The position numbers and the translations under genes were made by a program. A DNA stretch of 64,000 bases, from positions 118,627,304-118,691,303 of the forward strand of contig JASCQW010000001.1 of the NCBI GenBank assembly GCA_030264375.1, given 5' to 3'. The stretch is from Carcharhinus longimanus. Taxonomy: Eukaryota. The notes below the pieces were generated by a model. The model saw only the letters and a program-made list of their open reading frames with translations, was not told the origin of the DNA and ran no database searches. Below, piece after piece: positions 48,901-63,741 of the stretch (position 1 is its first letter; every line of letters starts with the position of its first letter).

Positions 48901-50847
48901 CTGGTAAAAGCCAAACAGATAACTTCGGTTACATACGACATGTTTGTGGATACCTCCACAGTATGCTTTCTCATCATTGTCGCTTTTAAATTGTTCAATA
49001 TTGCTTTGGCATGTTGACCGAAGTGTGGAAAAATAAAGACATATATTTTGGAGATTTTTTGGATGTGATTTATATCTTGCAGTTAGTAACTGCTGAGCGA
49101 GAAAGGTCATAGTCACAAGTGGAACATGAATTGTCACCATTGAAATCCTTAATATATCGTATTTCATCAAGAATTACATTCAACATTAATTTATTAAGGA
49201 ATTAAGTTTATCAGACAAAGTGGTCAAATATATCAAAAGGATGATGCTAATTATATATAAAGTGCAGAAATAGGCCATTTGGCCCACCAGTCCATGCAGG
49301 CATGGAGATTATGGGCTAACAATTGATTCCTGGTGTCTGGGCCCAAGAGTCAAACAGCAATGTCACAAGTTGTTATTGTTAATGAATACACCTTCACATG
49401 ACTTTTCCTATGGACTACACCACCAACCCCACAAAATATCCACGTATCACAGCCCTATCACTCACCCATTTGCAGCAGTTCAAGGTAGATCAACTTATCA
49501 AGGAAATTAGGGATGGGCAACAATGCTGGCCTTCCCATGAAAGGATATTTAAAAAATTCTCTGCCACTCAGGAACTAACGCCAAATATCCAGATACTCCA
49601 ACTCGTGCTCGCACACTAACTAATCACACAAGACTCTGACCCAAACCTTGCTGCCTCCACATATCGCTAGCTATTCTGTTATGCAAGCATATCAGCTATA
49701 TATATATGACAAGGTCATCTGCCATTCTGCCCTCTCACTTGAAGGATAGACTGGCACTCAGAGAGCTGGATGGGATACACAAACCTCCTCAACCCCATGG
49801 AGGAGATGTCTTTCCACTTCATGCAATCAATGGTGGCAGAAACAGTGGCATCCAATGTCACTAAGCATACTGAAGATAATGTCATCGTCCTGCCTTGTGC
49901 CTCTTCTCAATGCCCAACTCATCCTCAGCCTGCTATCTGACATGACAAGCAAGCTGCAGATGCTGTGACCATGGAACTTTTTTTTCCAATCCAACCCAAC
50001 TTCTTTGACACAATCTCCTTCTGATTTTCTTCTTTCAAACATGCACAAATTAAAACCTGCCCAGTCACTGCAACTCAAAGAGATGGGGCAACAATGCACA
50101 GATTAATGTTTACAAAGGAGTTCAGAGACATCTCCTTTATTGTGGAAAAAACAATGCTGTGTTTTTGCAAACATTCTTTATTGAATGTCATGCAAGTATC
50201 CCGTATTGTTCTTGCCTCTCTGTGGAACATGGCAGAGCTTACAAGCTCAGCCTTCTATACATTGCATGACATCACTCTCACTGGGCCTAAATGAAATGTT
50301 GTAGGTGACTCAAAGCCCCGTAAGGACAATGCCAGGCAACACCCTGAGAGGGACACACATTTGAATAATGCCTCATTTTCTTATCTTAACTGACTGTCCA
50401 ACAACAGCCACCCTTTCTAACCATGCAGAGGATCCCAAGCCCTTACTACTTTGTCTTTTTTTGAATCCGAATTCTATGTCTCCATGTCCCTAAACCCAAT
50501 CCACAAATCCCCCCTTAAAACTGATTCATCCTTGCCAGCCTGGAGGCTCCTGTAAGCTGTCATTCTTCTGTTCCCCTTCCTCATGCTGTAGAATTAAATA
50601 AGGCAATCCACTGACCTTACACATAACTGCACAGTGCTAGCTGGTGCACACCACCTTTAAACAAATGTGAACCAGGCATCAGGAGATTCTCATGTGCTGC
50701 TGACTTTAATTTGCAGGTAGGATGAAATTCAAGTACATTTTACGCTAATGGAGGTGCTATTAGCGAATCAGGAGGAATAAAATGACTCCTCTCATTCTCC
50801 TGCCCAAGGTAGTTATAATACAATTTGGATTTAAAATGGTGGTGATA

Positions 50848-51208
50848 TAAGAACAAAGAACAAAGAACAACCCAGCACGGGAAACAGGCCCTTCGGCCCA
50901 ACAAGCCCGCGCCACCGCATCACCCTACACCTATTNNNNNNNNNNNNNNNNNNNNNNNNNNNNNNNNNNNNNNNNNNNNNNNNNNNNNNNNNNNNNNNNN
51001 NNNNNNNNNNNNNNNNNNNNNNNNNNNNNNNNNNNNNNNNNNNNNNNNNNNNNNNNNNNNNNNNNNNNNNNNNNNNNNNNNNNNNNNNNNNNNNNNNNNN
51101 NNNNNNNNNNNNNNNNNNNNNNNNNCCCACTACTCTCTGCGTAAAGAACCTTCCTCTCATATCCAAATTATACCTTTCCCCCCTCACCCTTAAATCATGT
51201 CCCCTTGC
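50848..51208 (-). mobile_element. CR1 LINE 3' end spanning an N gap
   Basis: RGERYNLDMRGRFFTQRVV, and the (ttctttg)n tail. Confidence 0.8.
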
Positions 51209-53093
51209 CTATTGCCTATTGCCTATTGAAAAATGTACTTAGCTCAATGCAAGAAATAAACCAGCAAGTTTCCTAAATTAACAAGTAAATTGTTTGTTTT
51301 ATTGCTAAAACTCACTCAGATAAAGATACGTACACACACGGACACATCGACCCCTGTCACAAACATGCAGATCTTAAAACTTGGCCAAGTAAAAAGTAAA
51401 GTCAAAAAAAAATTATTCACGAATTGTCCCAGTGCTTGTTTACTGCTGAAGGCTCACTTTCCATAGTAACTGCTGGTGCTGGAAATTTTCAATTAGGTTG
51501 TCATGCTGCAGTTATGGCTGGTTGATTCACTATTCTCTTGGAGAAAGTGGTGTTGATTTGGAACCTTCCTCTAAGAATTCTCAGTTTGCAGCAGTGAGGT
51601 TTTCTGGTATGTTTTTAAACCACAAACCAGCCTCGATGAGAGAGGCTACATTTGAAGAGATGGGGGTTAAGGATCTTGCCCCTTTTGTCCCTATGACAGA
51701 CTCACACTGCTAGCTCAAAGTCAGCATATTTCACCCAAGAGCTGGGTCAGTTGACCTCTCTTTGGTTTCAATCTGGGCTTATTTTAGCCACTATCTCTGA
51801 GAGCTCTGTATACACTGTGTCTCTTTGAAGTAGCTTGTAGCCTTCAAAGTAGCTGCTGCAGAACAGTGTCCTTTTAGAAAAAGTGTTACATTTTGTGTGT
51901 GTGTCTAGCTAATAACATTATAAATTAGTGTTCCAAATAATATCTCTCCATTACAGGGTATTTATGTCATATAAATGTATAACTAGTGTGAATCTGCTAC
52001 AGGTCTGCATGAGATTCAGCATGCCACAAACACATCCTTAATTTTATCCCTGCATTTCCACCCACCATTGGGGAATTGAGACTTTGCGACCCTCTTAATT
52101 AAGTCACCCCACATGCCATGTTTCCCACTCTTGCAGGCTCCATAAAAATCTGCCTGTCAGACATTTTACAAAAGCAAACATTCTACTTTACTTGCAAGTT
52201 GGATGCCTGGCCCTTTAAATAACTCTAGTGCAAGGCACATCTTGCAGCGCAACACTTGCTCTGTGTCGAGTGGTACGCAAGTTTGTTGTCCACACCTGCA
52301 CAGGTGCAATTAAATGTTCTGCCATCACATCAGCTGGTTTGCTGCATCACATTAGGATAACGCTTCTTCTGAGTGTTCTGGTACATTCAGGGGACGTTTG
52401 TAAAAACACACTTTTCCCAGCAAAGCACATTCAGCCAGCACTAATGAAATTTGCATTCCATGTCCCTTTCTAATGTTATTCCAGTGTAACCATGGTCAGT
52501 TTGAATATTACTTAGTTGTGGTGTGGAAATAGAACATTTGAACAGTGAATAGTGTTAATTTGATTTTCTGGGGCACTCAAATGTGCTTCTCTCTGATACT
52601 AATTAGAACTGACTGGCAGCATATTACAAAACTGAATTCTTACATCCTACTTTAGTTGAATTTGAATTAATTAGCGTTTTGCTGATGTATATGAACTCTT
52701 CCTATCTTTGTAAGTGTTTCATTGGTTTGTGCCCCTCTTGTGATCAATATATTTTTTCAAAAATATTGCATATTACAAAAGAACATTTAATTTTTTGAAG
52801 TTTAGTCTAGTAAGAGAGATGTGTTTTTTTCAAAAACGTAAATGTTCTCAAGTTCAATTTGAATTTCCATTATTTGCTGCACATGTAACAAGGAAACAAG
52901 AGAAAGCAATTCAGTTGAGTTTCAATTCTGCTTGTGTGCATATTGGCAAATCTCTTCTGAAAAGATTGTGATCAGGAAAGGTTCTAGTCACAACATTGGA
53001 CTCCATGGCACCTAGTTCTTCAGTGCTACAAGTGTGCTACAGACATGTATACATACTGCTGGTGCTTGCCACACCAGATGCCATACTGACAGT

Positions 53094-53157
53094 GACACAC
53101 ACAAACACAGACACAGACACACACACACACGCAGACACAGACACACAAACACAGAGG
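53094..53157. repeat. Imperfect (CA)/(CAGA) microsatellite
   Basis: gacacacacaaacacagacacagacacacacacac... Confidence 0.9.
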
Positions 53158-53544
53158 TATGCACATAAGGCAGGTCATGATGTCACACTGACTTGATGTC
53201 AGTGCTGCCATTTTGGAGCTCAATGCCCTAACTAACACCCTCTCAACTTTGCACAGTTGAACACTAATTCAACAGCAGAAATGATCTAATCAATGCTATA
53301 TAAAGACTGCATCGACAACTTAAGAGGTTAGTTGTTGACTGACTTTTTTCTAGCTGTAGCTGCAATTGTAGAAGAGTTATTTCAAGTTCCTGAAATCTGC
53401 AGGGAATGTGCTGAAGAACTCTGAACTGACATCTACGAATCGGCACAAATCCTTTGCTCCCAGACTTGGGTGCAGTAGTTTGCATTCCTCTTGGCCTACA
53501 GCATCACTTGGATAATCAGCAGAAGGTAAACAGCATGGCAAACT

Positions 53545-54660
53545 GCTGGACAAGGGAGAGGAAAAGACTTCTCAGCAGGAAGCCATATCCACCCAGAGTT
53601 TTCAGGGAGCATTTAGGCTACTTCAACGTTTATGAAGGTGGGTGGGAGAGAAGGGGATTCACCAACCTCATCAGATGGCTGGTGGGAGTCTTGATGCCTT
53701 GCTGAATGGCGAATCAGCCAAAACTTGGGATTCCCGCTTGGTGTGAGGGCTATCAGGATTCACCCAACCTGCTCCACCAGCCCCAATTGGGTTCCCATCC
53801 ATAGCAGGCTGCTACCCGATTATTATGCAAACCTATTAACGGCCATTCACCAGACCCCAACATTCACCCGCCTCTCCAGCAAGAAATGCACCGGGTAGGC
53901 TTTGGTGCTGGTCGTGACCAAAGTGGATCTGGCGTGCTGGACCCCAAAGGGATTAAAGGAGCCAAGTCCAGTGGCCATTTACCCCTCTGACACTGCCAGG
54001 CTGCAGAAGGAGAGGCCCCCAAGGGCCTTCGCATTTGAGGGCTAGGGATTGACCTTGCCACCCTCCCAATCTCTGAACAGTGGGGCTGGCCAGTGTGAGT
54101 CATGGGGTGCATGTTTTGGACCCATCAGATGGGTGAATCCCACCTGACAGACGCTCCCAGCAGCAGCGCGATTCACTTCTGTTTTCACACCAATAGGAGA
54201 ACTTAGCCTGAAAACGGAAGAATCGCCTCCAGTATGTCAGATGTTCCCACTTCACGAGGAATGTTTTTCGTGAAATCTGCCATCTGCTGCAGCCACAAGT
54301 GCAACCTCCAGCAGGGTGAGTTCAGCACTGTTTGTGGCTGCAAAGCTGACTGTCACTGTGAATGTCCTTCCAGGCTGGAACAGGCAATATTTGCAATATT
54401 TCCCACTCTGCCATCTGTTGTTGCAAAAGAGATCACTGAGGCTCTGTATTTCAAGACAGCTGAATATAGTTCATTCTTTCTTGCCATAGAAAAAGGAGGA
54501 GGAGCAAGAACTTCGCTCTGAGAGAATTGCAGGTTTCCCAAGATACAAGACAATGACTGTCCTGCACATTACTTTGTGGGTACTATTTGCCAATTCTAAG
54601 AAATATCACAACATAAAATGATTCCATTCCTTCAATGTTCTACCGGTGTGCAACCATAAG
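53545..54660 (+). pseudogene. Decayed Harbinger (HARBI1-like) transposase, interrupted by a ~600-bp insert (~53636-54230)
   Basis: RKPYPPRVFREHLGY, then the insert, then REICHLLQPQVQP...SFQAGTGNICNISHSA...KEITEALY...RIAGFPKIQ...K*FHSFNVLPVCNH, with frameshifts. Confidence 0.75.
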
Positions 54661-55094
54661 TAAGAAGGGTACACATTTGTGTATTTTGACCTTGCAATCT
54701 CTGTACGCTGGTTTTTCCAGAGTCATGTCAAAATGGTGTGCTAAAAAGTGAGATCATGCTGCTGTAATTCAATGGTGTGATTTTCAAATCCCTTCACCAC
54801 TGGAGTAGTGCAGATCACACCAAAGAAGACTGAGAAGTTGATTTTACTATATTTGCTTGTCATTATCAGACAATCTCAAAGGCTTTTTACCCCTCACGGA
54901 ATATTCACAAAGCATTGGAGTGATGTCATGCTGGCGCCATTTACAGCAGCTGTGTATAAGTGTGAACCTTTATCTCTGAGAGGGATTTTGGGGACAGACG
55001 CTCAAGTGGACATCACCCTAAAGTGTGCTCAAGGCTCTGGGGGCACTGGAGAGGACACAGTGGATACAGTTAAGTGTAAGTTGGGGGCCAGGGG

Positions 55095-55350
55095 GATTAG
55101 TATAGGGCATTGGTGAGGCCGCAGCTGGAGTACTGTGTGCAGTTTTGGTCGCCGCACTTACGCAAGGATATTTTGNNNNNNNNNNNNNNNNNNNNNNNNN
55201 NNNNNNNNNNNNNNNNNNNNNNNNNNNNNNNNNNNNNNNNNNNNNNNNNNNNNNNNNNNNNNNNNNNNNNNNNNNTCTTATTGAATGGTGGGGCAGGCTC
55301 GAAGGGCTGGATGGCCTACTCCTGCTCCTATTTCTTATGTTCTTATGTTC
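55095..55350 (+). mobile_element. Young CR1 LINE 3' fragment spanning an N gap
   Basis: LVRPQLEYCVQFWSPHLRKDIL, and the ttcttatgttcttatg tail. Confidence 0.88.
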
Positions 55351-55359
55351 TAGTCACAT

Positions 55360-55810
55360 GATCTTGCGGGGGGGTGGTCACTTGTAGCCCTCAGCTTCCA
55401 CTCATCTCAGGATGAGACCTGCCTCAATGGGTTACAGTTTTGCCCTTCCACCCCATGCTTCCGATCCATGGGCACCCAGTGCGTAGGAAGGCAGGGAAGG
55501 AAGAGGATCTCCTCGCAAACCTGTTCCTTGGCTTGGCCAAACTTACCATCAGCAGGTCCAAGCAAGGGATTCATCCGACTTCAATATTTGCCCCTTTACC
55601 ACGGCTACATTCACAGCCGGGTGCTCCGGCAAAGGGAGCATGTGGTGTCTGCTGGCGAGGATTGGAGTGTCTAGTCAACCCCTTTAATCACATTTTAGTT
55701 TGGTGCTTTAAGTTTTATTTGTGCTTTGTTTTTGTTGAAGCAGTATCCCTTTTAATTCCTTCTTCAGTTTGTTTGATTTGGTTTTAATTGGTTTATTCAA
55801 ATAGTTGGAA
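55360..55810 (+). mobile_element. Tx1/L1-clade LINE ORF2 C-terminal remnant
   Basis: GHPVRRKAGKEEDLLANLFLGLAKLTISRSKQ / LPLYHGYIHSRVLRQREHVVS / GLECLVNPFNHIL, followed by a T-rich 3' region. Confidence 0.6.
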
Positions 55811-57244
55811 CTCTAGGCCCCAAGCATTGAAAAGAAAAGCTTATTTAAGTTTAACATGGCACAGATTATACTGAGGTGAGGGGAAGGTGGGCCCGTAGCT
55901 GTTTTGGAAGCAGCACCATAGTTGCTAGAACCTTGTAGGAGCCATTATCAGCACAGGGTCTTCCTCCTCCCCCGCCACTTCAAGTGCTCTCTCCTCATAG
56001 GACCTGTGAGTTATGACATGACTCAAACGCTGTGCCCACTTCACTTGTTTTGGACTTGGTCCTGCAAGCAGATTGATAGGGAGAAGCATTGTTGGGATTC
56101 CTGCAAGTTCAGATGGTGATGAGGTGTGGCATGCGTGGGGCTTAAGTGGAAGCTAGAGTGTGAGGAGCATAGAAGCTAATGAGGAAGAAACTTGGTGATT
56201 GGAGAGGTTGGAGCTGGAGGGGGAGGAGGAACAAGAGAGGGCCTCATGACAGATGTTGGCAAACCCCGGGTTGGTGGGAGAGAGATCAACTAGGAGGTGC
56301 GAGGAACGTGAGGGGAAATCCAACAGGAGTCTGGAGGAAGCACACTTATCCTAACCACGTGAAAATGACCATTCATCTTCTTATAGCACTGCTGTTCCAT
56401 CCTCTTCTGTAGTGGAATTTGTGAGGGCCTCCTGCTTCCTTTTGAATAGATAACATCTTTTGTCCTCTCTGCCATCAGCACCAAGATATCCAGTGTAGTG
56501 TTGAAAAACATTGGAATCCTCCTTTGCCATCTTGTGCCATTCTTCTGTCTTTTCCAGTTCAGGGCCAATTGACTTGAAGTACCTATTCCAGCTACAATGC
56601 GCCTCCCCTTTAAGGTATCCAAACTTAACTCATTCTAACCAGCTTAGTGCTGACAACATAGTATAAATATTCAAATTTGAAAACAGCATGAAGTTGGAAA
56701 CAATGCAAACTTCACAATCTAATCCTATTCAATTTCACAGTCTTCATCTTTGGTGAAGCCTCACCTCATATGAGGAATATCTATTACTGGACCACAGTAT
56801 GACACTGTAGCAATAAATGTTATTGTACAATATCAAAACTATTCAGACGAAATATGCGGTGAATACTAGGCATCAGTCTCTGAATTGTAAAATTTGGTTA
56901 AAGATAAAGGAAACAGACCTGAGATTTGAAATAAACATATGCAGAAATGCAATCTATCCTTTCTTGTAGTCAGACATCAATAATTACATCAAACCTGTTT
57001 TCTCTCAATTCTTCAATGCTACCAGATACAAAATAACAGGGAGACGAATGATGAACCGGTAGATAAATAAAGCAGGCACCTACTTAAAATATTTGTGGGT
57101 GTAAGTAAAAATGGGTGTAGAAAATAAATTAGCTGCAACAGATGTCAAGTAGTTTGACTGAAGGATGGACCATTTCCTTTGTAACAATGTAACATACAAA
57201 TGTAAGTGTATTACTTATCTATACAATCATTTCCTTTGTTGTGA

Positions 57245-57580
57245 CCTACAGGGGCTTGATAAGGTGGACACAGAGATTGCTTCCATTGGTTGTGGAATCT
57301 AATACATAGGGGCACAGTCTCAGGATAAGCGTCTGATCATTTTGGACTGAGATGAGAAGAAATTTCTTCTTTCAAGGAGTTGGAATGCTTTACCCGAGAG
57401 GGTTGTGGATGCTTCATCATTGAATACATTGAAGGCTGGGATGGAGAGATTTGAGTCTCTCAGGGAATTAAGGATATGAGAAAAAGAGTTCAAGCCCAAG
57501 ATCAGTCATGATCATATTAAAGAGCAGAGCAGTTTTGATGAGCCATGTGGACTACTCCTGCTTCTATTTCTTATGTTCTT
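57245..57580 (+). mobile_element. CR1 LINE 3' fragment
   Basis: GLDKVD...GHSLRI...TEMRRNFF...WNALPERVV, tail tttcttatgttctt. Confidence 0.8.
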
Positions 57581-58787
57581 GTGGGTGCAGTGTTTACATT
57601 ACAGTTGCTGTATGTGTATTTCCATTATCTCATTGGCCAGTGCTTAAGCATCTGTTACTCTCCTTTCCAACTGGCTAAATTTGATATTTTAATATATTAT
57701 TCAATAATTGCAAGAAACAGTTTCCTTCAGACTTTCACTCTCATCATGTTTAGAGTGAATCTAGCAAAATAATCTAGCAAAACAAGTTAAAAATGTAACC
57801 ACAATGACAATTTGTCAACTATCTCCTTACAATCTCACAAAAAGATCTACATTGCGTTCATAAATTCAGCTCAGGGGTGAACATTTGATGTTCACCTGCT
57901 TCAGGTTTGCAGATAGTAGGAAGGGCCTTATAAGCAGGTTCCTGTGCACCCCAACTTCTCTGTAATTTTACAGAAAGCACTCCCATCCCCACACGACCCT
58001 TGCCCCATTTAAGACCTTTAAGTGACTAATTAGGGACCACATAAGGCCTGTTTCCAACCTAGTTTTTATTTTTACAATGGTGGGTAGAGTTCAGGAACAG
58101 ATTGTAACCTGGAAAGTGACCCTGTTCAGGCGGGTGTGAGGAAAAAGTGGGAGTGGGGTACATCTATCAACAACTTCCTTTCAACATTGGGTGTGCCCAC
58201 CTCCACAAGGTCTGGCTCCTGCAGGTGCTTACAACTATCCTCCCATTCAACCTCCCCAGCAACACATCCATCCCACCTCAACCCAACACACAGATCTGAT
58301 CCCTCCTTCCAGTCCGGAGATGCCACATGAACCTGGCCTTCGTCTCCTGGGACTGTGGGAATTGCTTGTAGTCACATTCTCCTGCACTGCAGCTTCTGGC
58401 ATTGCTGTGACTAGGAAGTTGCCGGTCATTCTGATTGAAAATTGCAGCAAAGTTGGAGAATCAAGCCCCACAACCTTTTGTGTAGCCATTGGAGGAGAGA
58501 GCTAAGTTTGAAGACCACCAGGTCTTATGACAGAGTGTACAGGCAGAATAGGGTGGGAAATCTCTTTACAGTCCCCTTGGAGCATACCTACCTCTCCATC
58601 TGGCTCCAAAGACAATCTTTGCTGACAACTGGATGCAGTCTCAGCAGTGACCACCACTCCCAGTGGCACTGCTAGGACCCAGAGAGCTTTGGCTCCCTGA
58701 TTGGCCAGCTCTTGGAAGTGGCACTTCTTCTTCAAATGGGAGTAGAAGCTCCACCTTGAACCCTTGAATGTCCATCTGAACATTAAA

Positions 58788-58957
58788 CTCCCAAGATGCG
58801 AGGGTTAGGTTGATCAGCTATGCTAAATTGGCCCATAGCGTCAGGAGGACTAGCAGGCTAAATATGTGGGGTTCTGGGATAGGGCTTGGGTGGGATTGCT
58901 GTCGGTGCAGGCTCCTTAGGTGAAATGGCCTCCTTCTATACTGAAGGGATTTTATGA
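58788..58957 (+). mobile_element. 5'-truncated tRNA-derived SINE
   Basis: Core end (ggttaggttgat...atgctaaatt) and CR1-like tail. Confidence 0.65.
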
Positions 58958-61248
58958 TTTATTATTTATAAATGAATGCAAGCCACTGGAGGCAGCTTCG
59001 CTATTAATTTTTGCATCAAAAGGTGCTGGGAATTCCAGTGAATCAAAATCCTGTCACACCATGATGGATAGACCGAGGAGGCTGTACCGATTTTTGTTTG
59101 TCCATCTATCTAAATGAAAGCATACTTCGTTTCAAATGAAAACATGAGAAAAACAATAACTTAATCAAATAATAATCTTTAAATTGTACCACAGATGTGC
59201 CTCACATGAAAAACATGTACTGCAGGTTTTCATTGGGATTAAAGTTATAATCACACCATCTGTCCAAAGTTGTGGCTTATGTACTGAAGCTATTCAATGT
59301 ATTATATTTCCCTGCATTTCCACTTTTTATACAATTGGGCCTTTCGTCCTGACCTCACTGATCTATCTATGATTAACTACAATACTTATGATTGCAATTA
59401 AACATTGTCAAGAAATCCATCATTAGTGCCCCAGAATTCTTCCCCTGAACCCCTCAAAGTAGTTACATCTCTTCTCAAATTCAGAAACTTGCTTAAAATT
59501 CACCCCTTCTGTCATTTGCTTTGGTTCTTCCAACAACTCCTGCTCAGAATTAAAACCTTTTTTCATGTGAAATATTTTGCTATGATAATGACACTTTTAT
59601 TCCTGCTGTTAGTCCCATCAGACCTCTTAGTGAGGTACTAATCAATGGTTCAGTATTTGGACGATTTGCAAGAGATGTAATCAGCATCACTAGTTTGTCA
59701 GTTCAAGGTGGCCTTGAAATTAAATACCATTCTCCCCAAGTTCAATCAGTAGTAGAGTGATTCCATTGTCAAGGCTGAATATAGTTGATCTGGGGAATAA
59801 AACTATTTATTTTGTTAATTATATGGGGGTACTTTGAATTGAAGCTTAATTACAAACAAAATGGCAATTTGACTGCTGAGCAATTGATGTCCCCAAGATT
59901 GCTGACAGTTCAAAAATTTAAGGATCAAGAATATTCCAAAAGGTTTGAAAAAAATGCTCAAAACAGGGATACTTGATGCTTAGTCTTATTTGGGTAATGA
60001 TATCTGTGACCATATTGCACTTTATGAATCTTAAAAAGAACTCAACTTCAACTTGAAGATTTCAATTACTTTAGATGAAAGTTGGGAAAAAACAAAAAGC
60101 ATGGAAGATTGGAAATGGACAAATTCGTGGCCAACTTCATGGAGAGAGTCCAAGATCCAAAGTTATCTCAGTAAGGAAAGAAAAAGGAAAAACAAGCTTA
60201 TGTCCTGTTTACTCAATGGTTTCAAATGTGTAGGTATGTTCAATGAAGATAATGAGTGCACACTTCTAAATTGTGCCTCATAATAGAACAGCCTGTTGTT
60301 GGCGTTATACATGATGACTTGACATTATGGAAAGAATATGCTTGAATTACATAATGTCTTCAGAAGAAAAGGGAAAAAATTGGGAAAAGTGCAAGTCGGG
60401 TCAACTGATATGACTGTGATGAGAAAGTCAGTAATCAATTTTTGGTGGTTGACTTCTAGCACCTACATTATAATAGTGCATATATGAATTCTCCACAAAC
60501 TCACTGACCAGTGCACTTAATATACTGTATAGAGAAATTACCTTGGCAAAATGTAATTTCATTTCTAAATTAAACTGAAATTTATATTGTAAATACCATT
60601 TATTTTACCAGTGCTTTATACTCAATTAATGTGCTTAATTTATATTGCACCTTGAACAGGCTTGAATTTTACAGTCAGCATGCAAATAATGCATGCATTG
60701 TCAATGGCTGCAAAGATTTTCCTGACCCGACGTCACTACCCATTTCTTCCAGTTCTTTCTGATCAAGGGAAGTTGCATAGAACTGTTCCAAGTCTCCACC
60801 CTGAGCTCAGGAGGTAAACATGGAGGATCCCAGGCAGCAGGAATCTCCCATCGGATTTTTAAATTCCCACAGAAACTCCTTACAGGGCCATATTTCATGA
60901 TTTCTGCTGGGTCCTGATTTCCGCAAGGCCCCAACGTGCACCATCCATTGTACATCTGGACTTGAATGATCTAGAGACTGGAAGAATAGGGTCGTTCAGT
61001 ATATGTGCAGAACCCATCACACATGGACCATCAGAATGCTTCATGATACGACAGTCCCAGCAGAGAGTGGAATTCACTGGGGTCACATTTCACAAAGTGG
61101 AGTGTACATGATTCACAATCTTCCATTGACTTATTTTTGGACAGAAAAATCAAGGATGATGCACTTGATTTCCCAAGATGTATTTTCTATGATTCACAGT
61201 GAGCACCAAATCATGGAATCATCGCTTTTAATGAAAGGGACAACTTAT

Positions 61249-61790
61249 CCATAAGACGTAGGAGCAGAAGAGGCCACTTGGCCCATTGAGTCTGTTCTGC
61301 CATTCCATAAGATTATGATGATCAGATATAATCCTCAATTCCACATTCTCACCTTATCCCCATACGCTTGATTCCCTTACTGATTAAAAATTTGTCTATT
61401 TCAGCTTTGTATATACTTAACAATCCAATTGCTATAGCTGTTTGTGGTAAGAATTCTACAGATTCAATAACCTCTGAGAGAAGACATTCCTTCTCATCTC
61501 TGTCTTAAATGGGCAACCCCTTACTCTGAGATTATGCCCTCTGGTCCTGGACTCTCCCACAAGGGAAAACAATCTTTCAGTATCTACTGTGTCAAACCCC
61601 ATGATTCATATGTGTCTCAATAAAGTCGCCTCTCATTCTTCTAAACTCCAATGAGTACAGGCCCAACCTACTTTACCCCTTCTCATAAGAAAGTCTCTCC
61701 ATACCTGGGATCAATCTAACGAATCTTCTCTGGACTGCTTCCAATGCCAGTATGTTTTTCCTCAGGTAAGGGGACCAAACCTTTTTCCAG
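61249..61790 (-). mobile_element. CR1 LINE 3' fragment
   Basis: Reverse complement of the WSPYLRK...VQRRFVRLIPGM...SLEFRRMRGD...RTRGHNLRVRG region and tail. Confidence 0.8.
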
Positions 61791-61942
61791 TATTAACATT
61801 ATTGATTCATTTGTCATTTAATACAATTTATTCTAAAACGAGNNNNNNNNNNNNNNNNNNNNNNNNNNNNNNNNNNNNNNNNNNNNNNNNNNNNNNNNNN
61901 NNNNNNNNNNNNNNNNNNNNNNNNNNNNNNNNNNNNNNNNNN

Positions 61943-62010
61943 AAAGCTTGTGAGAATATTATCAAATAAATAGGTTGGACTAAAACCTGGTGTTGTCAGA
62001 CTTTTTACTG
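61943..62010 (+). mobile_element. End of a Penelope-like repeat (family of 162-385), next to an N gap
   Basis: aaagcttgtg...tcaaataaataggttggactaaaacctggtgttgtcagactttttactg. Confidence 0.65.
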
Positions 62011-62244
62011 AATAAATCAGAAAGCAGGACTAACAATGTTATTGTGTGAAGGTGTTAAAACCATTGAGATTGCTAACAGTGTGCCATTAAACAAAGAGTA
62101 GATCAAATCCAGATTATTTGCAGACTGAGCTAAGAGCATTTCTGGAAGAACAGTAAAATGGAAGCTCTAAAGGCCTTGGCAAGTTTACTTAGCTTTTAAA
62201 GTAAGACAAAATTGGAAAGAAAAAGAAGAAATTATCTTAATACA

Positions 62245-62600
62245 ACACTTTTCATGATCTTAGGGCATCCTCGACTGCTTTATAGCCAATGAATTGCCTT
62301 TGAAGTGTAATTACTGTTGTTTTGTAGGCAAACAATTTGTACTCAGCAAGCTCTGACACACACTCCTAAAATGAATAATTAATCTGTTTATTGGTAGTGT
62401 TGAGGGCGGGATAATTGTTAGTTAGGCTTCTGTGTTTTTCCTTGAAATGGTATTGTTCCAAGCTTTACATCAATCCAGACAGTTTTTTCAGCAGTGCAGC
62501 ACTCCCTCAAGAATATAACAAATTGTATTTAGAATCTAAAGCATGGTTTGACAATCTTCTGGCTTTAAAAGCAAGATTACTACTATTAGGCCAAAGTTGA
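62245..62600 (-). mobile_element. Decayed Deu-domain SINE, opposite orientation to 10075-10335
   Basis: cagtgcagcactccctca is the reverse complement of tgagggagtgctgcactg. The 3' part reads gctttatagccaatgaa...tttgaagtgtaattactgttgt. Confidence 0.55.
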
Positions 62601-63480
62601 CAGGTAGTCTGTTCTCATACTAGAAATCACTCACACATGGCATTAGGACTTCTCTCATTGTATTACGTTTGATACTTCTTGCCCAGATTATTGTGTGGGT
62701 GACTTCTTGATCTCAAGGCAAAGGATAAGCTTTTAAGATTTCTTTATTGCATTCTCCATCAGATAATCATAGAGCAACACTGACAGTAACAATGGACAAC
62801 CCATAAATCACCCCCTCTGCCTAAGATAAGGAAAGAACTGTATGGTTCTGGGATGCTATGGAACATCAGAAAGAATGGAGAAATCTTGATACATTTTTAA
62901 CTTTATAAAAATCAAAGTTGCCTGTAACCTATGTTAAATCAAAGACCAGTCAAAGGGAGACCACAGAAATCTCTCTCATTGGCTCAGGACTACAAAGGTG
63001 TGAGCTTTTTCCAATATTACTCTTGTTGATTTCACTACAATCCTCATAGACATTGCTAATTTGTAATATATTTGATCAGCACCAAGATTCTTAACAAATG
63101 TAGAGGATCCAAACTCATAGACCTGGATTTTCCCAAAGACTGTCTGAAATAGATATTGGCATATTTCAGACACACTCAAGAGACATGTGCTGTTTGTGCC
63201 AAGTTTCCATAATCAGCTCATTTGCTTAACTCAACACTCAGATAAATCTGAGTCTAGTTAACACATTTCAGAAATGCTAAAGGAAACAATTGGTTAGCTA
63301 GTCGTCCTCATCATTGTTGTCACATTTTGTACCATTATCTTACTAATGATATTACATTGGTGTAGCATATTAAAAAGAACTTATGATGTTCCATAAGCAC
63401 AGATTGCAATGTATTTATACGTTTTCAAAATAAAATTGCTTCATCAGCTCATGTCTGTTATATGGATTTAGTTAAAATTA

Positions 63481-63741
<261 letters not shown>

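Noticed and set aside
48901-49170. 90-codon open frame upstream of the CUB3 exon
   Set aside because: No recognisable similarity, and the expected acceptor is at 48901-48902
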